Shown here: piece by piece, positions 48,412-59,209 of the stretch | Layout of the letters: every line of letters begins with the position of its first letter | Position numbering within the stretch: the stretch's first letter is position 1 | Origin: an uncultured bacterium | GTDB lineage: Bacteria > Oederibacteriota > Oederibacteriia > Oederibacteriales > Oederibacteriaceae | Length of the DNA: 64,000 nt | Direction of reading: 5' to 3' | Assembly (NCBI GenBank): GCA_965112635.1 | Contig: OZ218778.1 | Span: 1,824,001 to 1,888,000, forward strand | Translations under genes and position numbers: made by a program | The notes under the pieces: generated by a model | What the model was told of the DNA's origin: nothing | Databases searched by the model: none | Seen by the model: only the letters and a program-made list of their open reading frames with translations

Positions 48412-51057
48412 ATGTTTGGAAAGTTGCTGACCGACATTTTCGGGACCAAGCATGGACGGGCCGTCAAGGTTTTGATGCCCAGGGTCGAGGCTATCAATGC
48501 TGTGGAGCCGCAGATCCAAAAGCTCAGTGATGACGAGCTGAAGAACAAAACAGCCGAGTTCAAGGACCGGTTGAGCCATGGCGAGACTTTGGACGACCTC
48601 CTGGTGGAAGCGTTTGGCGTGGTCAGGGAGGCCAGTAAAAGGACCATGGGAATGAGGCATTTTGACGTCCAGCTTCTGGGCGGCATGTTCCTGCACCAAG
48701 GCAAAATTTCCGAGATGAGGACAGGCGAAGGAAAAACCCTGGTGGCTACCCTGCCTGTTTATCTCAACGCCCTGACCGGCAAGGGCGTGCATGTGGTCAC
48801 GGTCAACGATTACCTGGCCGAGAGGGACAGCCTGGGCAGGGGTAATTTCAAGGGCATGGGAAACATCTACCAGTTCTTAGGGCTGACCGTGGGCTGCATC
48901 AAGCATGACCTGCCTACCCTGGAGCGCCAGGCGGCCTACCACGCGGACATCACCTACGGGACCAATAATGAGTTTGGTTTTGATTATTTGCGGGACAATA
49001 TGGTCACGCACCCACAAGAGCGGGTGCAAAGGGAACTGAATTACGCCATCGTGGACGAAGTGGACAGCATCCTCATTGATGAGGCCAGGACACCCCTCAT
49101 CATTTCAGGGCCAGCCGAGGAATCCACCGATAAATACGTGAAAATCGACCGCATTATCCCCAGGCTCAATCCCTCCACGGACTATAAAGTTGATGAAAAA
49201 AGCAGGACCGTGGCCTTGACCGAGGAAGGCGTGACCAAAGCCGAGAAACTCATCAACGTGGGCAACCTCTATGACAACGTGAACATCGAACTGGTGCACC
49301 ATATCAACCAGGCCTTAAAAGCCCACACTCTTTTCAAGCGGGACGTCGATTATGTGGTGAAGGCCGGAGAGGTCATTATCGTGGATGATTTCACGGGCCG
49401 GCTCATGCCCGGCCGCAGATACAGCGACGGCCTGCACCAGGCTTTGGAGGCCAAGGAAAAGGTCGAGGTGGCCCGGGAGAACCAAACCCTCGCCACGATC
49501 TCTTTCCAAAACTACTTCCGTCTGTACAAGAAGCTTTGCGGAATGACCGGTACGGCGGACACCGAGGCCGCGGAGTTCTGGGAGATCTACAAGCTGGACG
49601 TGGTGGTGGTCCCGACCAACCGGCCCATGGTCCGGGAAGACGCGCCTGACCTTATCTATAAGGACAAAAAGCAGAAGATCAAGGACGTGGTCAACGAGAT
49701 CGCGGAACGGAGCCGCAAGGGACAGCCTGTGCTGGTGGGAACGGTTTCGATAGAGAAGAACGAAGAGCTTTCCGAGGCTTTGAAAAAACGGGGAGTACCC
49801 CATCAGGTCCTCAATGCCAAGCAGCACGAACGCGAAGCCGAGATCATCTCCTTGGCCGGCCAAAAAGGGGCGGTCACGGTAGCCACCAACATGGCCGGCC
49901 GGGGCGTGGATATCGTGCTGGGCGAGGGCGTGGTGGACCTGGGCGGTTTGCATGTCATAGGCACGGAACGGCACGAGAGCAGGCGCATCGACAACCAGCT
50001 CAGAGGACGGTCGGGCCGGCAAGGCGACCCGGGTTCCAGCCGGTTCTACGTGGCTTTTGAAGACGATCTGATGCGCATTTTCGCCAACCAATGGGTCACC
50101 TCGCTGATGGGCAAACTGGACGACCTGGACGGGGCTCTTACAGACCATCCCTGGGTGAGCCGGGGCATCGAAAGGGCCCAAAAGGCCGTGGAAGGGCATA
50201 ACTTTGAGATCCGCAAGCACCTCATTGAGTATGACGACGTGATGAACAAGCAGAGAGAGGTCATTTATAGGGAACGGAGCTTGGTGTTGGAGGGGGCCAA
50301 CCTCAAGCCCCATGTCCTGGAGATGATGCGGGATGTGGTCAGCGAACTGGTCGGACCTTACGCGCCGGCCAAAGTCTATCCCGAAGAATGGCCCCTCAAG
50401 GACCTGCAGGCCAGGGTCAAGCAGGACTTTCCCGTCGTGCTGGACCTGACCGGCGTGGAAATAGTCCGGCTGACCCGTGAAAACCTGGAGAATATCCTAT
50501 ACGACGAACTTTTAAAGGCCTACGAGAACAAGGAAAAAGAGGTCGGGCCGGACACCCTGCGGGAAATAGAAAGAGCGGTCCTTTTGCAGGTTGTGGACAC
50601 CCAGTGGAAAGACCATCTGTACAACATGGACCAGCTCAAGGAAGGCATCGGCCTGCGGGGTTATGGTCAAAAAGACCCTCTGGTGGAATACAAGAGGGAA
50701 GGTTATGAGATGTTCAGCGCTATGATCCAGCGCATCAAGGAAGAGACCGTCCAGTTCATCTTCAAGGTCAAGGTGGTGACCCAGCAGGCTCCAGCCAGCA
50801 GTCTATTGCCCAGGCGTTACAGGGAAGAGCACCCGGAGTTCGACCGGGCCAAGGCTGTGGCTCCCCAGAGGCAGCCGGAGCCCGCGGCAGGTCCTTACGG
50901 CCAGGCGCCTTTTGGAGCGCCGCCAGGTTATCCGCCGCCCCAGGAAGAGTCTAGGGAAAAATTGCAACCCGTCACCAGGGACAAGCCAAAAATTGGGCGT
51001 AATGACCCCTGTTTTTGCGGCAGCGGTAAAAAGTACAAGAAATGCCACGGGGCCTAG
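48412..51057 (+). CDS. secA: Preprotein translocase subunit SecA
   Basis: [78 protein letters not shown] motif [19 protein letters not shown]. Confidence 0.99.
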   Translation: MFGKLLTDIFGTKHGRAVKVLMPRVEAINAVEPQIQKLSDDELKNKTAEFKDRLSHGETLDDLLVEAFGVVREASKRTMGMRHFDVQLLGGMFLHQGKISEMRTGEGKTLVATLPVYLNALTGKGVHVVTVNDYLAERDSLGRGNFKGMGNIYQFLGLTVGCIKHDLPTLERQAAYHADITYGTNNEFGFDYLRDNMVTHPQERVQRELNYAIVDEVDSILIDEARTPLIISGPAEESTDKYVKIDRIIPRLNPSTDYKVDEKSRTVALTEEGVTKAEKLINVGNLYDNVNIELVHHINQALKAHTLFKRDVDYVVKAGEVIIVDDFTGRLMPGRRYSDGLHQALEAKEKVEVARENQTLATISFQNYFRLYKKLCGMTGTADTEAAEFWEIYKLDVVVVPTNRPMVREDAPDLIYKDKKQKIKDVVNEIAERSRKGQPVLVGTVSIEKNEELSEALKKRGVPHQVLNAKQHEREAEIISLAGQKGAVTVATNMAGRGVDIVLGEGVVDLGGLHVIGTERHESRRIDNQLRGRSGRQGDPGSSRFYVAFEDDLMRIFANQWVTSLMGKLDDLDGALTDHPWVSRGIERAQKAVEGHNFEIRKHLIEYDDVMNKQREVIYRERSLVLEGANLKPHVLEMMRDVVSELVGPYAPAKVYPEEWPLKDLQARVKQDFPVVLDLTGVEIVRLTRENLENILYDELLKAYENKEKEVGPDTLREIERAVLLQVVDTQWKDHLYNMDQLKEGIGLRGYGQKDPLVEYKREGYEMFSAMIQRIKEETVQFIFKVKVVTQQAPASSLLPRRYREEHPEFDRAKAVAPQRQPEPAAGPYGQAPFGAPPGYPPPQEESREKLQPVTRDKPKIGRNDPCFCGSGKKYKKCHGA

Positions 51058-51181
51058 TGAACTTGGTATTGGGACTAGACGAGCAGTGTTTTTGGAGAGT
51101 ATGATATCAATTCGTAGGTTTGAGTCTGTTTTTCTGAGCTTCATTAATTTAAATGGTCGGGGAAAGGGAGGTAGGTCAAAG

Positions 51182-54133
51182 ATGATCAGGAAGATCGGTT
51201 CCATATTCGTTATCCTTGCCGCCATGGCGGCTGTTTTGAAAATGAGCGCCAGGGCGGAGGTGTTGACGCTTCCCATTACCCAGGACACTTCCATTTCCTG
51301 CTCCGATGGGGAGCTGGATTTTAACCAGGGCAAATGCCCCAGGATCAAGATGAAAGGCATCGAGAACCTGCTGCTCCTGGGCATCGACCCGGCCTCCCTG
51401 AAGAACAAAGTCATCACCAAGGCCATCCTTCATATCCAGGGCACGGACAAGAATATGATGGTCCGTAAAGTGGGTTTTTCCACGGTGGCCTATATCGGCT
51501 GGCCGGAGGGAAATTCGGAGCATGACAACAAGGGCACGGCAGGGGATTCTTGTTTCCTGACCCCGGAGCTGGGCTCCGGCAAAACCTGGGCCGGCCCGGG
51601 CTCCAACTTTTTGGACGTGGTCTGGGGCCATGGCGGCACCTTTTGGACAGAGAGCTTTGTGCAGCCCGATGACCAGCAGTGGTACTTGATGGAGTTTGAC
51701 GGCCGCATTGTGGAGGCTTACGCGGCCGGTCTGTCAGGCGGTATCCTGGTCACCGACGACAACGGTGAGACCAAAGGCATAAGCAAAGATGCCGTTCCGG
51801 ACACCAACTATTCCAATAATTTATTCTTTGCCCATGAGCAAAACGCTTCGGCGCCGTTCCTTGTCGTGCATACCCAGGCGGCATCCAGGAGCGGGGCCAA
51901 GAGCCTCAAAGTGAGCGTCAAGCCGTGGAATTCAGGGGCTGATTTTGACAACGGCGGGCTGGAGCTATCCTGGCCCGGCCCCAGGGACCAAAAAGAATAC
52001 AAGAGCATCCTTGGATACAGGATCAAGATCACCAAGGGGGGCAAGACAGAGGACGTGCCTTTGTGGGCTCATCCGCCGCTGGCCAGACCAGGCGAAAGAG
52101 CCAGGGCTCTTTTGAAATATCCCGAAGCAGGCGCCAGGGTGACGGCCCGCGTCGAGGTAGTGGGCCGGGGCGGGGTCGTGGCGGCCTCGGGCGGAGCTAG
52201 CGGCGTCATATCCAAGAAGCTCAAAAATCCTAAGGCCCTTTCCTTTCCAGAGATCAAGAACGCTCCGGGAGAGCCTCTGTCCAACGACTTGGCCAAGATT
52301 TGGGTGATCCCCGACTGTACCAAGGCTAATCCCATTACCGGCAATGTGCAGGAGGAAGCTGGCGTTTCCTATGACGGCGACCCCTCCGGCAGTTACCGCA
52401 ACGCCAATATGACCTGGAGCGGCAAAAACCACACGGTGACCTTGTCCGCCATCCGGGGCGAATGGGTCGGGTTCCAGGTCGTGTGCGAGAATGTCAGCAC
52501 CACCAGCGTGACCTATAAGATCCAGCCGGGACCTCTCAAAGGTCCGGGGAGTTCCCTGATACCCGCCAAGGCCATTGAGCTTTCCAAGTTGTGGTATGTC
52601 AAGGTCGGCGACAAGGACAGGGACTGGTACGCGGACCCCATGCTGCCGCTCAAGGCCGGAGACTCTTTCTCGGTACCCGACGAAAAGAACGCCGTGCCCC
52701 AGCAAAGCAACCAGACCGTTTATGTCGAGTTTTTCGTGCCCTTAAAAGCAAAGCCCGGCAAATACGCGGGAAGCCTGGCCGTCAAAACAGGGGACCAGGG
52801 TACCTTGGCCCTCAAGGTCAATCTCCAGGTCGCGGCGCCGGTGATGCCCAAAGAAGCGCACTTTGTTTTCTCCATGAACGCTTACAACTCACCGGGCGGG
52901 CCTTACGGAGACGCCTGTTTCAGTGATTTTAACAACGCCGAACGGACCTTCTATGTCATGGCCCATACCCATCGTACGGACCTTGTCGTGGTCCATTACA
53001 AACACAACGGCGGCCTCGATGATGTGAACTGCATCGCTCCTCCTTTGACGGGCCAGGGCAAGAATTTGAGGGTCAAGGATTGGGCGTTGTGGGACAAGAG
53101 GTTCGGACCGCTTTTTGACGCGTCCGCTTTTAAAGGGACCCCGCGGGAAGGCGTGCCGTTATCCCACTTTTTCCTGGTGTTCTCCGAGAACTATCCCACG
53201 ACCATGGCCGACGGTTATAAGTGGAACAGCTCCACCTGGGAAGACCACTGGAAGGTGGCCGGCCAGCCCGAGGACGGGTTCAGCCAGGTTTACAAGGACC
53301 AGTGGGTGGCCTTGGCCAAGGATTACATCAAGCATTTCAAACAAAAACACTGGAAGACCAATTTCCTGCTGATGCCCAATGACAAGTGCGATTACAAACA
53401 ATATAACTCGGGCACCAAAAAAGACGGCAGCGGGGTCAGTTTCTGGAGGATGGATGAGCCGATGTTCGTCAGCGATTTTGAGGCCCTGGGAGTGCTGGGC
53501 AACCTGCTGCGGCAGGCCCAAAAAGGCGACCGCAGCAGCTTCAGCTTCCGGGCCGATATTTCCTACCCGCAGTGGGGCAGGGATGTCCTGGACAGGGTCC
53601 TGGACCTTAACTGTTCCGGCAATTTCACCGGATACAGGAGGTTCCTCCTGGACTGGAGAGAAAGGTACGGCGAAAGGATATGGACCTACGGCGGAACCCC
53701 TGCCTGCACGGACAGCCCGTTCGGGCTATGCGCTCACGCGTTGGATCTGTATTCCAGCGGAGCGGATGGTTTTGCGCCGTGGCTGGTGCTGGGCAACGAG
53801 GGCAACTGGACCAAGTTCGAAGATACCAGCGTGATCTACACCGGCAAGCCCATGGGCATCATGGGAGCCTGCGCGTCGCTGAGGCTCAAAGCCTACCGCC
53901 GTGCGGAGCAGGATGTTGAGTATGTTTGGCTTTACGCGGCCAAGAAGGGATTGCTCAAGAACGACCCGAACCGGCTGCAAGTTGCCAAGGCGCTGGAAGG
54001 GGCCATCAAGACCACCAAGCAGACCGGGAAACTTGATGCCAACGGCGGGGCGGAAGTGCAGACCTACATGAGCACCAACCCCGATGATTTTGAAAAGCTC
54101 AGGCTGGCCCTGGTCAAGGCGATGAAAAAGTAA
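51182..54133 (+). CDS. Large secreted protein, probable glycoside hydrolase (GH123/DUF4091-like C-terminal region)
   Basis: GGAGG upstream of ATG 51182 and signal peptide ending ARA-E (track start 50912 overlaps secA). LSAIRGEWVGFQV...VYVEFFVP..AKPGKYAGSL, MDEP, and SLRLKAYRRAEQDVEY resemble GH123/DUF4091. Confidence 0.6.
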   Translation: MIRKIGSIFVILAAMAAVLKMSARAEVLTLPITQDTSISCSDGELDFNQGKCPRIKMKGIENLLLLGIDPASLKNKVITKAILHIQGTDKNMMVRKVGFSTVAYIGWPEGNSEHDNKGTAGDSCFLTPELGSGKTWAGPGSNFLDVVWGHGGTFWTESFVQPDDQQWYLMEFDGRIVEAYAAGLSGGILVTDDNGETKGISKDAVPDTNYSNNLFFAHEQNASAPFLVVHTQAASRSGAKSLKVSVKPWNSGADFDNGGLELSWPGPRDQKEYKSILGYRIKITKGGKTEDVPLWAHPPLARPGERARALLKYPEAGARVTARVEVVGRGGVVAASGGASGVISKKLKNPKALSFPEIKNAPGEPLSNDLAKIWVIPDCTKANPITGNVQEEAGVSYDGDPSGSYRNANMTWSGKNHTVTLSAIRGEWVGFQVVCENVSTTSVTYKIQPGPLKGPGSSLIPAKAIELSKLWYVKVGDKDRDWYADPMLPLKAGDSFSVPDEKNAVPQQSNQTVYVEFFVPLKAKPGKYAGSLAVKTGDQGTLALKVNLQVAAPVMPKEAHFVFSMNAYNSPGGPYGDACFSDFNNAERTFYVMAHTHRTDLVVVHYKHNGGLDDVNCIAPPLTGQGKNLRVKDWALWDKRFGPLFDASAFKGTPREGVPLSHFFLVFSENYPTTMADGYKWNSSTWEDHWKVAGQPEDGFSQVYKDQWVALAKDYIKHFKQKHWKTNFLLMPNDKCDYKQYNSGTKKDGSGVSFWRMDEPMFVSDFEALGVLGNLLRQAQKGDRSSFSFRADISYPQWGRDVLDRVLDLNCSGNFTGYRRFLLDWRERYGERIWTYGGTPACTDSPFGLCAHALDLYSSGADGFAPWLVLGNEGNWTKFEDTSVIYTGKPMGIMGACASLRLKAYRRAEQDVEYVWLYAAKKGLLKNDPNRLQVAKALEGAIKTTKQTGKLDANGGAEVQTYMSTNPDDFEKLRLALVKAMKK

Positions 54134-54159
54134 GGCTTTACGATAGCTTGTTTTCAATC

Positions 54160-54201
54160 AGCCTATCCCTTGCGTAAAAGCAGGGGATAGGCTTTTTTTT
54201 T
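54160..54201 (+). terminator. Intrinsic terminator
   Basis: AGCCTATCCCTTGC-loop-GCAGGGGATAGGCT followed by a U-run. Confidence 0.9.
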
Positions 54202-54314
54202 GGAATTTAGACTGTTTCTAAGCATGTCGTCCGCCTGTAACTAACCGGAGATGATGGTAAACTTGACACAGCCGCTTCGTCGGGCATCCAAAATACATTT
54301 TTTGGGGCGTTGAA

Positions 54315-56981
54315 ATGGGCAGACGACTCGTTTTACTTATCATCCTATTTTGGTCTGTTTCGGCCTGGAAAGCTGAGGCGGCAGTGTACTGGTATATGGA
54401 GGCGCCCGGCTGGGTCGAACCCACCGGCAATCCCGATTGGACGAACCTGTCGTACTTTAATGTCTACAACGAGCTGACCACCACGGCCACAGGCCCAATC
54501 CTCGTGACCTATACCCTGGCGAATGGTCTCACTTTTAAGCCCGTCTCTTTCGGATTACAGCCGTCCAGCGTCAACTATGACGCCGGCACCGGGGTGACCA
54601 CCGTGACCTATAATTTGGGCAGTATGGCCGGACAGACCAATAACTATGGTTATTGCGGCTTTGCTATCAATTACACCACGGTCAACCCCACGACCCTGAT
54701 CCAGGAAAACCAGCAATTCACTGTGACAGCGACCCTGAGCGGGGCCAGCAGCGTCAGTGCCAACCCCCAGAGCTTCCAGGCGCCCGCTTTATTCGAGACC
54801 GTCGGCAAGAACATTGATCCCGACCCGATCGAGGCGGTGCCGAGCACGGCCACGGCCAACCTCTATTTGGAAACTTCGCAATATTATAACTGCTCCAACC
54901 TCGTGGTCTGGGATACGCTTCCCAACGGCACCTCCTACATCCCCGGCACCAGTTATCTGGATAACGAGACCAGCGATGAACCCGGGTCCGGGACCCAGCT
55001 CTGCCGTCCTGACGGGACTTCGCTGCTGGTGTGGTCTGTTCCAGCTGACCCTTGGACCCTGGCCGGGTCAGACCCCGTCCTGAGCTACGGGTTCACCATC
55101 AACTCGAATTACAGCGTTACGGGCTGCGACAGCGCCGGAGCGCCGGTCTATTGCACCGACATGCTGCCCAATCTCGTGGGTGACAGCTTTAATTACGCCA
55201 GCATCAGCGGCCAGTCCCCGGCCAACGCGGGATCCGCCCTGCAAACCGGTGTGTTTGCGGACATCGATATCGACGACCCCTCCATCACCAAGACCATCGG
55301 GAGCATTACCGACAGCCAGGGTAACCCTGTTTCGGGTAGTTATGTCACGCCCGGCGATATCGTGACCTACAGCATCACGGTAGTTTCTCCGACGGCACCT
55401 ACCCATGACCTCAAGGTCAGGGATTTCCTGCCATCATCCATGGCTTTTTTGGGTTCCCTTACCAATTACACCACGACCGGAGGCGTGCCCGCGCCGACCC
55501 AGAGTTTTGTCAATTCCAATTTGTGCTACTGGACCTGGTCCGCGGATTTTCCCAAGGGCGGGTCCTGGAACGTCACCTTCCAGACCCAAGTGCTGGATAA
55601 TACCTATTTGCCCGACCCCGGGGCCTCGACCCTGACCAACATGGGCGATTTTTGGGACACTAATACCTCGGGGACCACCTCGGGGTTGGGACAGTACGAT
55701 GCCCCGGATTTGACCTACCAGAACAATGTGGTTACGACCAAGAGCGCCAGCAAAAGCACGGGTACTGGCGGCGATATCATTAACTATACGATCGCGGTCA
55801 CCAATAACGGCGGCAGGGCCATTAACAATGTTGAGGTCTTTGACACCATCCCGGCCGGCATGACCTATGTCAGCAGCACGCCCACGGCCAGTTCCGAGGC
55901 CGTCAACGGGGACTCCAGCACCACGGTCAAATGGAACAACCTGGGGATTCTGAACCCCGGCAGTTTCCTGACCCTCTATGTGTCCGCCTCGGTCAATCCG
56001 GGCGACCCGGGAGGGGAGACACTGACCAATTTTGTCGCCCCTGTTTTTTACTCCTCCCAGCTGACCCCTGGAGCGCCCGGGAGGAACTATTACAACGGCG
56101 TTACGGCTTTGGCCAGCGTGCAGGTGGCCACCTGGACCATGACCCCGACCCAGACCAGGACAGCGACCGCCACCAGCACGCAGACCTATACCGCCAGCGC
56201 GACCGCCACCCCCACCAGCACCGCGACCCAGACCTCGACGGCGACGCAGACCCTGACCAGGACCTATTCGCTTACCGGGACGCAGACTTTCACTCTCACG
56301 CAGACCCTGACCCCGTCCCTGACGCTGACCAGCAGTTACACGGCCACCGCCACCAGCACGGCCACGCAGACATCCACTTCGACCTTGACGCTGACCCCAT
56401 CCGAAACTTTTACCCCCAGCGAGACGGCCACTTACAGCCAAACCTCCACGCAGTCCTATACGGTCACCCTGACCCTGACCCCTTCCAAGACTTTTACCCC
56501 CAGCGAGACGGCCACGATCACTTTGACCTGGACCATCACCTGCACTTCGACCAATTCCTATACCAGCACGCAAACCCTGACCCCTTGCCAGACCCTGACG
56601 CCATCCCAGACCCTGACGCCATCCCTGACCCAGACCCATACCCCAACCTTGACGCCGTCCCACACCGCGACAGCCACGCCTACCTTTATCACCACACCTC
56701 CCGCAGTCGGGACATCCTTTATTTATCCCTCACCGGCTACCGGGGACACGGCGGCCATTGCTTTTTTCATGTCCGTGCCAGGGAACTTCAAGATACGGGT
56801 GTATAACGAGGCAGCCGAACTGGTGGAGACCGTAGAGGGGAATATGCAGGCAGGGCCGCAGTTGAGCATGATCCATACTAGGGACTATGTTTCAGGAGTT
56901 TACTTGTATATTATCAAGTTGGATTACGGGTCGCAGGGTTCCATCAAAATCGGTCCCAAGAAGTTCATTGTGTTGCATTAG
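54315..56981 (+). CDS. Secreted surface protein: DUF11 (conserved-repeat) domains, ~190-aa Thr-Xaa tract, T9SS-like CTD
   Basis: Signal peptide ending AEA-A; DUF11 motifs (VWDTLPNGTSYIPG, PGDIVTYSITV...VRDFLP, GDIINYTIAVTNNG...DTIPAGMTYVS); Thr tract ~56128-56700; FIYPSPATGD...IRVYNEAAELV...SGVYLY...KKFIVLH. Confidence 0.85.
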   Translation: MGRRLVLLIILFWSVSAWKAEAAVYWYMEAPGWVEPTGNPDWTNLSYFNVYNELTTTATGPILVTYTLANGLTFKPVSFGLQPSSVNYDAGTGVTTVTYNLGSMAGQTNNYGYCGFAINYTTVNPTTLIQENQQFTVTATLSGASSVSANPQSFQAPALFETVGKNIDPDPIEAVPSTATANLYLETSQYYNCSNLVVWDTLPNGTSYIPGTSYLDNETSDEPGSGTQLCRPDGTSLLVWSVPADPWTLAGSDPVLSYGFTINSNYSVTGCDSAGAPVYCTDMLPNLVGDSFNYASISGQSPANAGSALQTGVFADIDIDDPSITKTIGSITDSQGNPVSGSYVTPGDIVTYSITVVSPTAPTHDLKVRDFLPSSMAFLGSLTNYTTTGGVPAPTQSFVNSNLCYWTWSADFPKGGSWNVTFQTQVLDNTYLPDPGASTLTNMGDFWDTNTSGTTSGLGQYDAPDLTYQNNVVTTKSASKSTGTGGDIINYTIAVTNNGGRAINNVEVFDTIPAGMTYVSSTPTASSEAVNGDSSTTVKWNNLGILNPGSFLTLYVSASVNPGDPGGETLTNFVAPVFYSSQLTPGAPGRNYYNGVTALASVQVATWTMTPTQTRTATATSTQTYTASATATPTSTATQTSTATQTLTRTYSLTGTQTFTLTQTLTPSLTLTSSYTATATSTATQTSTSTLTLTPSETFTPSETATYSQTSTQSYTVTLTLTPSKTFTPSETATITLTWTITCTSTNSYTSTQTLTPCQTLTPSQTLTPSLTQTHTPTLTPSHTATATPTFITTPPAVGTSFIYPSPATGDTAAIAFFMSVPGNFKIRVYNEAAELVETVEGNMQAGPQLSMIHTRDYVSGVYLYIIKLDYGSQGSIKIGPKKFIVLH

Positions 56982-57069
56982 CAAAAAAGGGGTCGGGTTG
57001 GATTTGCAAAAAGGAATAGACTCTAGGCAAATATCGAGGAGCATCACGCCTTTTCAGTGGCATTAGAGT

Positions 57070-58146
57070 CTAGTCCTTCAACCATTCTTCAAGATGTTTT
57101 TGGACAAAGGCGTCGTCGTTCAGGTGGGGGTAGGCCTTGTAGATGCGGTCGATTTCCCTGGCCTGGCCTGGGGAAAGGGTCAGGTGCGGGTCAAGGCACC
57201 AGATGCCTTTGAGGAGTCCCTGGCGGTGGAGGACTTCATGGAGGCCGGGAACGCAGCCTTTAAAATCGTGAGCTGAGTCAAAAAAAGCCGCATTGCAATC
57301 AGTGACCTGAGGACCCAGTCGGACCAGCCAGCCAGGAATTGGCCTGTTTTTTTCCGTGACAGCGTGGATCTTGGCCAGCAATTCCACAGCGCAGCGAGTC
57401 CACACCGCCCAGTGCCCCAGCAGTCCTCCCTTGATACGCAGGGCGACCGTCTTTTTTCCCAGTTTGAATGTGTAAGGTGTAAGCAGGTCGCTGACGATAT
57501 TATCGTCATTGCCCGTATAGAGAGTGATATCTTGAGCCCGGCTGCTGGCAGCCACGGCCCGGAGCACTTCCAAAGTCTGATAACGGTTAAAGGGCGAGAT
57601 TTTGATGCCTAGCACATTGTCAATCTCGGCGAACTCACGCCAAAATCCATAAGGGAGCGGGCGGCCTCCTACGGCCGGCTGAAGATAAAAACCAAGGATA
57701 GGAATGACCTTGGCCACACGACGGCAGTGAGCCAACAGCTCTTGGACCGAAGCCTGGGACAAGGCGGCCAGGCTCAGCAGGCCGGCGTGGTATCCGCAGG
57801 ACAGGGCCAGGCTGGCTTCTTTTATGGCCTGGTCAGTTTTACCGCAAAGGCCGGCAATTTTAAGCATGGACCTTTTATTTTTTACAGCGGCCTCATCCAA
57901 AGTTTCCGAGGCCAGTTGCAGTATAGGCAGGAAAAGATTGTATTTGGGCTGGCGGATCTCAAACTGGGTGGTATGGACACCCACGGCCAAACCTCCTGCT
58001 CCGGACGCGTGATAATACCGGATCAAAGCTTTTTGTCTGATTGGGTCCAGGCGGCGCCGGCTATCCAGGGCCAGGGGCATGGCCGGTATGACCATGCCGC
58101 GCTGGAAATCAGCAAAAAGATTTTGCGGGACATCGTTGATTTTCAT
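57070..58146 (-). CDS. Dihydrodipicolinate-synthase-like (DapA superfamily) aldolase/dehydratase
   Basis: VIPAMPLAL, GLAVGVHTTQF, GFYLQPAVGG, GIKISPFNRY (Schiff-base Lys), YTGNDD. Confidence 0.85.
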   Translation of the reverse strand: MKINDVPQNLFADFQRGMVIPAMPLALDSRRRLDPIRQKALIRYYHASGAGGLAVGVHTTQFEIRQPKYNLFLPILQLASETLDEAAVKNKRSMLKIAGLCGKTDQAIKEASLALSCGYHAGLLSLAALSQASVQELLAHCRRVAKVIPILGFYLQPAVGGRPLPYGFWREFAEIDNVLGIKISPFNRYQTLEVLRAVAASSRAQDITLYTGNDDNIVSDLLTPYTFKLGKKTVALRIKGGLLGHWAVWTRCAVELLAKIHAVTEKNRPIPGWLVRLGPQVTDCNAAFFDSAHDFKGCVPGLHEVLHRQGLLKGIWCLDPHLTLSPGQAREIDRIYKAYPHLNDDAFVQKHLEEWLKD

Positions 58147-58147
58147 C

Positions 58148-59209
58148 TCAGTATTTTCCTGTCCGGACCTCAAAGTGCGTTGGTTTATTGAATTCCAGCC
58201 CCTTGTTTTTTACCCAATGCCCCACCCAGGCCACCATCTGGTCAACACTGACCCGGGGCTTTCCAAAAAGTTCCACGGCTTTGGAGGCGTTGGACAAGAG
58301 TGCCGTGTCGGATGCAACGCCCTCGAAAACCGGGTCGACGCCGAATATTTTACCGAATTGGCCGGCAATTGCCCTGATGGAAACAGTTTCCAAGCCCGTT
58401 ACATTGATGACCAGGGGAGGCGTCTGACAGAGGGGAAGGCTTCGCAGGACCATTTCCTGGGCGTCTCCCTGCCAGATGATATTGGCATAGCCGGTATTGA
58501 GGGGAACTGCCTGACCCGTGAACACTTTTTTGGCCACATCCAAAAGCACCCCATAGCGCAGGTCAATGGCATAGTTGAGCCGGATGAGACAGGTCTTGGT
58601 CTTGTTCTCGCGGCTGAAATATTCAAAGATACGTTCCCTGGCCAGGCCGGACTGGGCATATTCTCCCACAGGGCCCGGAGTATCGGTTTCTTGGCAGCCG
58701 CCCATTTTAACAGGCGCGAGAGGATAGACATTGCCCGTTGAAAGCGCCACGATCCTGGAGCGTTTAAAACGGTTGGCGATGAAGGTAGGCGCCAGGGCAT
58801 TGGTAGCCCAGGTCAGGTATTCGGCGCCGGTGGAGCCGAATTTGCGGCCTACCAGGAAAATAACATTGGCAGCGTCCGGCAAGTTCTTTATCTGGTCCTC
58901 GTTCAAAACGTCGGCGTTGAGGGTCCGGATATTATTTTTTTCCAGTTTTTCCTGGACACCAGGCTCGGAAAAACGGGAAACGCCGTACACATTACTTTTG
59001 AGGCCGCCAGCATCCAAGGCCCGGCGTAGCATCAAGGCCAGGGTGGGACCCATTTTCCCGGCAACGCCCAGGATGAGGAAATCCCCGGATAAGCGTTCCA
59101 TGTCCCGTATAAGTTCAGGAGAAGGACGGGACATTACTTCTTCGAGTTCTTGTTCAGTAGATATGAATTTGGGGAGCTTCAGGTTTTTCGCTGCCATTTT
59201 CGGTCTCAT
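58148..59209 (-). CDS. NAD-dependent epimerase/dehydratase (extended SDR)
   Basis: ILGVAGKMGP Rossmann motif, STGNVY, GEYAQSGLARE, RLNYA; ATGA overlap with the RidA-family gene. Confidence 0.85.
   Translation of the reverse strand: MRPKMAAKNLKLPKFISTEQELEEVMSRPSPELIRDMERLSGDFLILGVAGKMGPTLALMLRRALDAGGLKSNVYGVSRFSEPGVQEKLEKNNIRTLNADVLNEDQIKNLPDAANVIFLVGRKFGSTGAEYLTWATNALAPTFIANRFKRSRIVALSTGNVYPLAPVKMGGCQETDTPGPVGEYAQSGLARERIFEYFSRENKTKTCLIRLNYAIDLRYGVLLDVAKKVFTGQAVPLNTGYANIIWQGDAQEMVLRSLPLCQTPPLVINVTGLETVSIRAIAGQFGKIFGVDPVFEGVASDTALLSNASKAVELFGKPRVSVDQMVAWVGHWVKNKGLEFNKPTHFEVRTGKY

Noticed and set aside
49315-50313. 332-aa antisense ORF in secA (and similar ORFs opposite purA, comF and vor genes)
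   Set aside because: Typical antisense open frames of high-GC3 conserved genes.
50912-51181. N-terminal 90 aa of the 1073-aa ORF overlapping secA
   Set aside because: The RBS and signal peptide point to ATG 51182; the extension is incidental open frame.
55434-56806. Long alternative-frame ORFs 55434-56663 (-) and 55931-56806 (+, DPDP-rich)
   Set aside because: Frame shadows of the GC-rich DUF11/Thr-Pro gene, which has the coherent domain structure.
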